From NCBI RefSeq assembly GCF_009914755.1, contig NC_060943.1: a DNA stretch of 64,000 nt; one strand, written 5' to 3'. The DNA is from the human T2T-CHM13v2.0 reference genome, Homo sapiens. The notes under the pieces were generated by a model. That model saw only the letters and a program-made list of their open reading frames with translations. It did no database searches and was not told the DNA's origin. The first letter of the stretch is position 1. Every line of letters starts with the position of its first letter. Positions 52,986 through 64,000 of the stretch are shown here, one piece after another. The position numbers were made by a program, and so were the translations under genes.

Positions 52986-53937
52986 GAGGCCTAAGTTAAC
53001 AGTGATCTGGTCTAGGGCAGATAAATACAAATATGTGCACGATATTTTTGAGAAATATGTAGGCAACAGGGGAAGATAAAGTTGACTCCACGGGACTTGC
53101 AGAGAGGGGAGTACGTGAGGAGTTACTCGTAGGTTTTTGTCTTCAGAACTAGACGGACCTTGACAGCATTTGCTGAGACAGGCAAGCCTTAAAGGCAAGA
53201 GAGAGAAATGGAGGTGGTTCCTGTAAAACCATCTGCAGGGTATGTGATGGGGGCACTGGGAAAGGAGAAGGAACAGGAGAGGAATTGGTAAGAGGCGACG
53301 TGAAAAGAATAAAAGTACAGAGAACTTGTGCTCAAGGAGAAAGAGCAGCTGGGATGTTTACCATCTCTCCAGCGGCCAGATGAAACCTCAGCTCTCAAGT
53401 CCGCAACGGAATTTTCCACCAAGCTAAAGGCCAGGAGGAATTCCAAGAATTATATACATCACCGTGTAATTAAGGATGGGAAGATTTTTCTCTTAGACAC
53501 TAAACAATGTGGACAGTGTTGCAGAGACGTCTGTTTAAAATCACATTTCTCTAAATAGCCATCTGTTTCACAGATTATTCCTGGATTCAGTCCTCCACAA
53601 TTTTCATTCAAATTTTGAGAGCTGACAACATTTAATTTTATAATCTGCAGGTTTTGTGTCTTTACAAGTTTTTAGCGTAGTGTCTGGCACACAATAAGGG
53701 CTCAGTGGAATTATTGTGAAATCATATTTCCTGACATAGTCAATAAAGGAACAAAACATTCCACATTACCTAATTCGTACTCTCTTCTTTAAAAATTTAG
53801 AGATGTATTATAATTATATAAATTAAATTTATAAATGTATAATTTATAATTTATTTATATATTATACATTTATAAATTATATATTATGTAACATATATTA
53901 AACATAAAAAAATTAAATACATTATATATAAAGATGT

Positions 53938-54236
53938 ACTGGGCTTGGTGGCTCATGCCTGTAATCCCAGCACTTTGGGAGGCTCAGGAGGTTGGATCGC
54001 TTCAGCCCAGGAGTTTGAGACCAGCCTGGGAAACATAGCAAGATCCCATCTCTACAAAAAATACAAAAATTAGCCAGGCGTGGTGGCACACACCTGTAGT
54101 CTCATCTTATCTACTCAGGGGGCTGAGGTGAGAGGATCGCTTGAGCCTGCGAGGTGGAGGTTGCAGTGAGCCGTGATCGCACCACTGCACTCCAGCCTGG
54201 ATGACAGAGTGAGACGCTGTCTCAAAAAAAAAAAAA
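53938..54236 (+). mobile_element. AluJ
   Basis: J-type dimer. Confidence 0.92.
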
Positions 54237-55004
54237 GCCATATTGATAAAATTATACCAAGATATATTTAAATACAGAATTAACTGTGTATCTATACTTT
54301 ATATACATGTATGAATATATTTGAACATTAAATTATAATTATGAACATAAATTTGCATCATATATTCTACTTATGTCTCCCTGGGCACATGTCTGTATGT
54401 GTATCTGTGGACACACGTCCATGAAGAAATTGGATGGGATGAACTCGGGAGTAAGTTAACTCTGTCTGCGTCCTGTGCACCTGATGCAGCAATAAATACT
54501 CCATCAAAGGCATTGCATTTCCCAAAAGCCCGTGAGGCAGGCGTGATTCTAGTGTCCATTTTACAGAGAAGAGTACTGAGGTGTGGAGAGACTAAGTCGG
54601 CCAGCAGTGAACACCCTCAGCCACTGCTCGGACAGCTCTCGCTCACCTCCCTGCATCTCCGGCTCCAGACGCCATGGTCTCCATCACTCTCCCTCACTCG
54701 GGATCTCATGCCGGCTCCCGGCTTGGATCACAGACGCTGATGGCTCAAAAACGTGTGTCTGGGTTAGAGAATCCACCTGTCTCCCTTAGCTCTGCACTGG
54801 GGTTGCCCAATTTAATAAATAAAAATACAAATTGCCTGGTTAAATATGGATTTCAGATAAACAATAAAAAAGAATCAACTTTTATTTTAGAATCGACTTA
54901 GATTTGGCGAAAAGTTGCAAAGAGAATAGAAAGTTTTCCTTGTTCCTGCACCCAGCTTCCCCTGTTAGTAGCGTCTTACACGAGTATGATTTATCTCAAT
55001 ATTA

Positions 55005-55625
<621 letters not shown>

Positions 55626-55859
55626 TAATAAATACATAAAACGCCCATGGCAGGGACACACACGCTGGTTTGGGTTGGAGCCAGCCCGTAAACCCAAATT
55701 TGGGGGCCCGGGCTCTCGGCTGCTGCAGCACTGACTACCGTTAAGGTACAATAAAACTGACACATGGGCAGTGAGGGGAATTTGCTCTCCTGCCTCCCTC
55801 CCTAAGTTCATCTGCTGAGAAAAATGCTTTGAGATAAACCTGGAGCCACAGCTCTCTGC

Positions 55860-56550
<691 letters not shown>

Positions 56551-56710
56551 TCAATTTAAATGTCAATGTCCACAGGAGCTACAGATGGTACCAATAGCTC
56601 CCAGCTGGGGCTCGTGTATCATTGGTCAGGGCTTCATCAGGATTGGCTACTGCCCCACCCTTGTTAAACATTTTTAATATCTTCCTTGTCTACCAGGGTC
56701 AGGCACCTCA

Positions 56711-57164
<454 letters not shown>

Positions 57165-57529
57165 TAAAGGGGCTCCCTGCTCTTCTGCTCCAACCTGTGG
57201 CTGCCGCATAGGAACATGGGTCACAAAACCCAGAAATCTGGATTCCTTTAAGTGAAATCTTCCAAATTTTATGTTTAAGAAGGTCATGTATTTATTCCTT
57301 CCTAAAGACCATGCTGACCAAATCAAATGAGTCTGTGGATAAGTGTGTCCAGGCTTCAGACTACTCCCTTTTGGAGCCTGTGGTGTAAAGGGAACAGCTT
57401 AAAGTCCCTCGCCCCAGTCAACAGGGGAATTTAATGTCTTGGGTTCCCTGGCAGAACTTTTCTGTTTTTTTTTTTTTTCTCTTTATCTAACACTTCCATG
57501 TGTCTTACTGAAAGCCAGCTGCAGAGTTA

Positions 57530-58835
<1,306 letters not shown>

Positions 58836-59040
58836 AGGTACTTTGCGTGCATTAACTTATTTCATCCTCACAGAGCATCTATGATGAAGGCGCTGCTATT
58901 ATCCCATTTCAAAGGTGAGAAAAGTGAGTACGAAAGGTGAAGTCCATGGAGACACAGCTGTGTGAGGCAGAGCCAGGATTTAGGCTCAGGAAGCCTGAAC
59001 CTAGATTCTAGGGTGTTAACTGCTACATGAGGCTGCCTCT
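58836..59040 (-). mobile_element. MIR
   Basis: cttatttcatcctcac...attatcccatttc..gtgagaaaagtgag..ggcagagccaggatt. Confidence 0.75.
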
Positions 59041-59305
59041 CTTTCTAAGCATTTTCACTTGTGTTTCTCTCCACATGCTATGTTCTACCATAAATTGGCT
59101 TCCTTGAATGGGAGGGCCACACTGAATCCCACTGTCTCTACAACTGTGACATCATGTAATGCTGACTCCTTTAGCTTTATTAAACTCAGGTTCTAACCTT
59201 AGCCACAGGCTCTCCTTCTGCCAAGCTGTCAGCTAAATCAAACCATGCTCTCTTATCCCCAGCCTGCTCCTGCCTTCATCTCCCTCGTTTTCTTTTTAAA
59301 GATTA

Positions 59306-59613
59306 ATTATTTTTAGGCTGGGCACAGTGGCTTACGCCTGCAATCCCAACACTTTGGGAGGCCAAGGCAGGCAGATCACCTGAGGTCAGGAGTTCGAGAC
59401 CAGCTTGGCCAATGTGGTGAAACCGCATCTCTACTAAAAATACAAAAATTAGCCGGGCATGCGGACAGGTGCCTGTAATCCCAGCTACTCGGGAGGCTGA
59501 GGCAAGAGAATCGCTTGAACTGAGGAGGTGGAGGTTGCGGTGAGCCGAATTCATGCCATTGCACTCCAGCGCCTGGGTGACAAGAATGAGACTCCATCTC
59601 AAAAAAAAAAAAC
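59306..59613 (+). mobile_element. AluSq-type, followed by an MLT1A fragment (59614-59765, minus strand)
   Basis: Full dimer. Confidence 0.93.
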
Positions 59614-60247
59614 CTGTCATATTGGATTAGGGTCTACCCTAATGACCTTGTCTTGCCTTAATTACTCGTCTAAAGACCCTATTACCAAATACAGTCACAT
59701 TTCTAGGTGCTGGGAGTTAAGACTTCAACATGCATTTGGGGGGACAAAATTGAGCCTATAACAAGCTAATTACTTAATGTTTTCTGGGAGATGCCTCAAC
59801 CTGTCCCAAACGAAGCTTATGACATCTTCCCCTCACCTGCTCACCTTCCAGAGTTGCCCATCTCCACCAATGGCACCATTATCCACCTGGTTACACTGAC
59901 CAGAAGCCAATGGCGCCCTTCTCATTACCCCTCTCATCGGTCACCACGTCCTGCCGTTTGACGCTGATCAACCTGCTCATTTCCCCCCATCTCCTCTGCC
60001 GCCACTGAAAACCAACCCACCACCGTCATCTCCTGCACTGCGGAAAGTTCTAAATATCCCCATCCCGGACCCAAACTGCCTCTCCTCACCCAGGAATCAT
60101 TTGATGTGGTCAGAGCGAGATTCAAACTCCTCCCAACTCCTGAAACTGTCAAAGCTGGACTTGAATACGGAGCAGAGCCGGCGTCCTGTTGGAGTGCTTG
60201 TGAGCTCACCAGTGCTCCCTCCCTCCACCGTCACTCTAAATCAGGAC

Positions 60248-60458
60248 TACCCAGCCTGGCACCCTCAGCATTTGGGGTTGGAGGATTCTTTGCTGTTGGG
60301 GGTGGGGGAAGGGGTTCTGTCCTGTGCATTGTAGGATCTTAAGCGGCATCTCTGGTCTCACCAACTAGAGGCCAGGAGCAGCCCCTCACCCAGCTGTGAC
60401 CATCAAAAATGCCTCCAGACACTGCCAAAGGTCCACCGGTTCGGGGAAGAACCACCTC
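60248..60458 (-). mobile_element. MER20
   Basis: ggcaccctcagcatttggggttggaggattcttt...gtgaccatcaaaaatgcctccagacactgccaaa. Confidence 0.85.
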
Positions 60459-60701
60459 TGATTGAGACCCCTTCCACCATCCCGCTCTAAATAATAATGA
60501 TTTCTCCCATTATGCAGAGAAATACTAAAGTCATCCACATAGGGAGGTGAGTTTAAAAGCCCATCAGGACATGTGCATTTTACTAAGCCATTAATGTCCC
60601 TGCGATTTATGAGAGAACAGTAACTGCATTCCGGAAGACACAAATGGCTCCTTCCACGATTTCATTATCTGCCTTGCATGAGTGAGCCTGAGTTTCTGTA
60701 G

Positions 60702-61533
<832 letters not shown>

Positions 61534-61676
61534 CTGATTTTCTACATAGCTTTTTTTTTTTTTCTTTTGTGGTGAGAACATAAAATCTACTCTGAGCAAT
61601 TTTCAAAGACACTTTATTTTTTATTTTATCTTTTCTCTCAAATTCGTCGCTAGTATTACTTGAGTAGTTTCTAATA

Positions 61677-62596
61677 CAGTCATGTGCCTCATAGCCACGT
61701 TTTGGTCAACAACGAGCCACATACGTGATGGTGGGCCCGTCAGATCATAATGGAGCTGGAAAAGCCCTACCGCCCAGTGATGCGGTAGCCAAAGTAACAT
61801 CGTAGCACAAGTACTGTACTTTTAAAATATAACTTCAGTGTAGCCTAAGCTTAGAGTGTTATAAAGTCTACAGCAATGTCCCAGGCTTTCACATTCACTC
61901 ACTCACACCACCCAGAGCAACTTCCCATCCTGCAAGCTGCATTCATGGTAAGTGCACTATGCAGGTGGACCATTTTTTTAATCCTTCATACCACATGGTT
62001 ACTGTACTTTTTTTTTTCTTTTCTTTTTTTTGAGACAGGATCTCACTCTGTCCCCCAGGCTGGAGTGCAGTGACACGATCACAGCTTACTGAAGCCTCGA
62101 CCTCTCGGGCTCAATCGATCCTCCCACCTCAGCCTCCTGAGTAAGTAGCTGGGACTACAGGCATGCACCACCATGCCAGGCTAATGTTGGCGGGGGGCGG
62201 GGGATGCTGGGGGGGTGGGGTGTGTGTGCAGAGATGGGGTTTCTCCACGCCCCCAGGCTGGTCTGCAGCTCCTGGGCTCAAGGAATCTCTTCACCTCAGC
62301 TTCCCAAAGTGCTAGGATTACAGGTGTGAGCCATGGCGCCCCGCATTACTACACCTTTCTCAGGTTTAGGTCCACAAATACTTTCCTTTGTGTTACAACC
62401 GCCTGCAGTACTCAGTACAGTAGCCTCCTGCACAGGTGCGAGGCTAGGAGCAGCAGGCTATTCATGTAGCTCAGGTGTGCAGCAGGCTGCCCCATCTGGG
62501 TTGCTGTGAGTCACTCTAGAACATTCTCACAATGAGGAGATCGCCTAAGGATGCGTTTCTCATACTGTGTCCCCTTCGTCCATCGAGGCGTGACTG
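61677..62596 (+). mobile_element. Tigger3-type (TcMar-Tigger) DNA transposon containing an AluJ (62008-62342, minus strand)
   Basis: TIRs cagtcatg... / ...gtgactg with TA duplications at 61675-76 and 62597-98. Confidence 0.88.
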
Positions 62597-62659
62597 TACC
62601 TGGGGCCTCAGAGCACCTGCAGTCCCCCCAAGGGCCACCTTCCTGAGACCACAGTCTGG

Positions 62660-63640
62660 GCAGCCGGCCTCCCTGCATCCCGGAGCGCACTGGGGATGAG
62701 GACTCACCCAGGAGAGCCCGAGACACCTGAGCGGCCGGCACAAAGGCCCTAGGGAAGTGTGGGGGTACCCTTGGTCTCAAAGCGCTGATCCGCCTGTGCC
62801 CCCTGACCTGCCAGGGCCGGCCCCCGCTTGGGTCTTGGAGGGCGCTGCGCAAGCCTGCGCCCCGCACTCGCCCGGGAAGGGAAGGGCAGGGAAGGGGCGC
62901 GCACAGCCTGGCACCTGCTGTGCACCAGGGGAGACGCGCGGCGCTCCAGGTGGAGTCGGCGGCGGCCGAGCTGCGCGGGGCTGTGCGGGGCTGGATTCTA
63001 GCCTGCAGGACGCGAAAACGGCCTGGGTCCGGCTTCCTCCTCCCCTGAAGCAGCGAAGGGGCGTCACTGGCGCGCTGTTAAACGTCTTCGCCATCGGTTC
63101 CCTGCATCCTCCCTCCTGCCTGGGTAGCCAGCTCCTGGGCGCGCCCAGGCGCACACGCTTCCCTCGCTCCTCCTGCAGCCACAACGCCCCCACCCCCCCC
63201 GCCCGCCCGCCTTGTGCGGCAGCGGTGACCGCCTTCTCCTGCTGCCACCCCCTCCACCCCCTGTTCAAGGTCTGTCACCGTAGGGGGCGGGGGGGCGCGT
63301 GGAGCCGCTGGGGGTTCGGCCCACCCCGCGAACCGAGCTCCCGGCCCTGTGCGCCCTCAGCTCTGCCGCGGGCGTTGGCCTGGGCGGGCGCAGGACTGCC
63401 TGGTCGCCCTGGAGCTCAGGGTCGGGGCCCCGCGTTTAACCACCAGGCGGAGGCGCAGGCGGAGCCCGGAGAGGACGCGACCCCTCTGGGCGGCCTTGGG
63501 CCCCTGGACGTGCCAGACTCTGGACCCCTGCGGGGGCTGCCGTGGAGAGCAGAGGCACCGCGTCCTGCCCAGAGCTCCGATAGGCGGGCCGCGTTGGGGG
63601 ATTGTGGGGGCCGGCGCGCAGGGGAACCGTCCACTCCCAG
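62660..63640. promoter_or_regulatory. CpG island, probable promoter or CGI enhancer
   Basis: ~1 kb, very GC-rich, abundant CpG/CGCG, GC boxes (ggggcgggggggcg 63283-96; ccccgcccgccc), no Alu. Confidence 0.9.
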
Positions 63641-63875
63641 GGTGGCACCAGGATGTGACTATTTCCATACCCAAATGAGGGTTGGATTTCCATCTCCTAA
63701 TATTTCCACAGTTTGGGGGTTTCCTCACCAACTTGTCTGACATTTCTCGGCCTTCCTTAGTGATGACAACACTACCGTTGGTTAATTTTCTTCAAAATGT
63801 GTGCAAACCACTTCATGTATCTGTAGTTAAAATATGGAAAGGAGACATTTAATTTCTTCTCTTTTTATTTATTTA

Positions 63876-64000
63876 TTTTGATTTTTTAATTATTTATTTA
63901 TTTATTTATTTATTGAGACGGAGTCTCGCTCTATCGCCCAGGCTGGAGTGCAGTGGCGCGATCTTGGCTCACTGCAAGCTCCACCTCCCAAGTTCATGCC
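63876..64000 (-). mobile_element. AluY-type, cut by the window edge
   Basis: gagacggagtctcgctct...cactgcaagctcc. Confidence 0.9.

Noticed and set aside
62757-63740. 327-aa ORF (longest in the window) and overlapping reverse ORFs
   Set aside because: Starts at GTG, is Gly/Pro/Ala/Arg-rich with no recognisable domain, and long ORFs occur in several frames. This is the expected stop-codon scarcity of a CpG island

Overview
Primate (almost certainly human-type) genomic DNA with no intact protein-coding gene that I can support. Interspersed repeats dominate: about 60 Alu elements or fragments (sparse in the first 20 kb, dense after), L1 3' ends, L2/MIR relics, MaLR/ERV1/ERVL LTRs and hAT/Tigger DNA transposons. 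There is one full-length but disabled processed RPL7A pseudogene (21889-22767) and several tandem repeats. The repeat-free islands carry the most interesting signal. Three near-identical, co-oriented 14-bp RFX X-boxes (GTTTCCATRGCAAC) lie within 7.4 kb in unrelated flanks. A near-consensus CTCF site sits in a small CpG-rich patch (55.9 kb), with a second, divergently oriented CTCF-like site at 60.7 kb. A ~1 kb CpG island occupies 62.6-63.6 kb, and a codon-biased unique block lies at 13.6-13.85 kb. Neighbouring Alus share private mutations, suggesting local gene conversion or duplication. I could not assign the chromosomal locus. Repeat subfamily names are recalled from consensus sequences, and boundaries are approximate unless target-site duplications (TSDs) are quoted.
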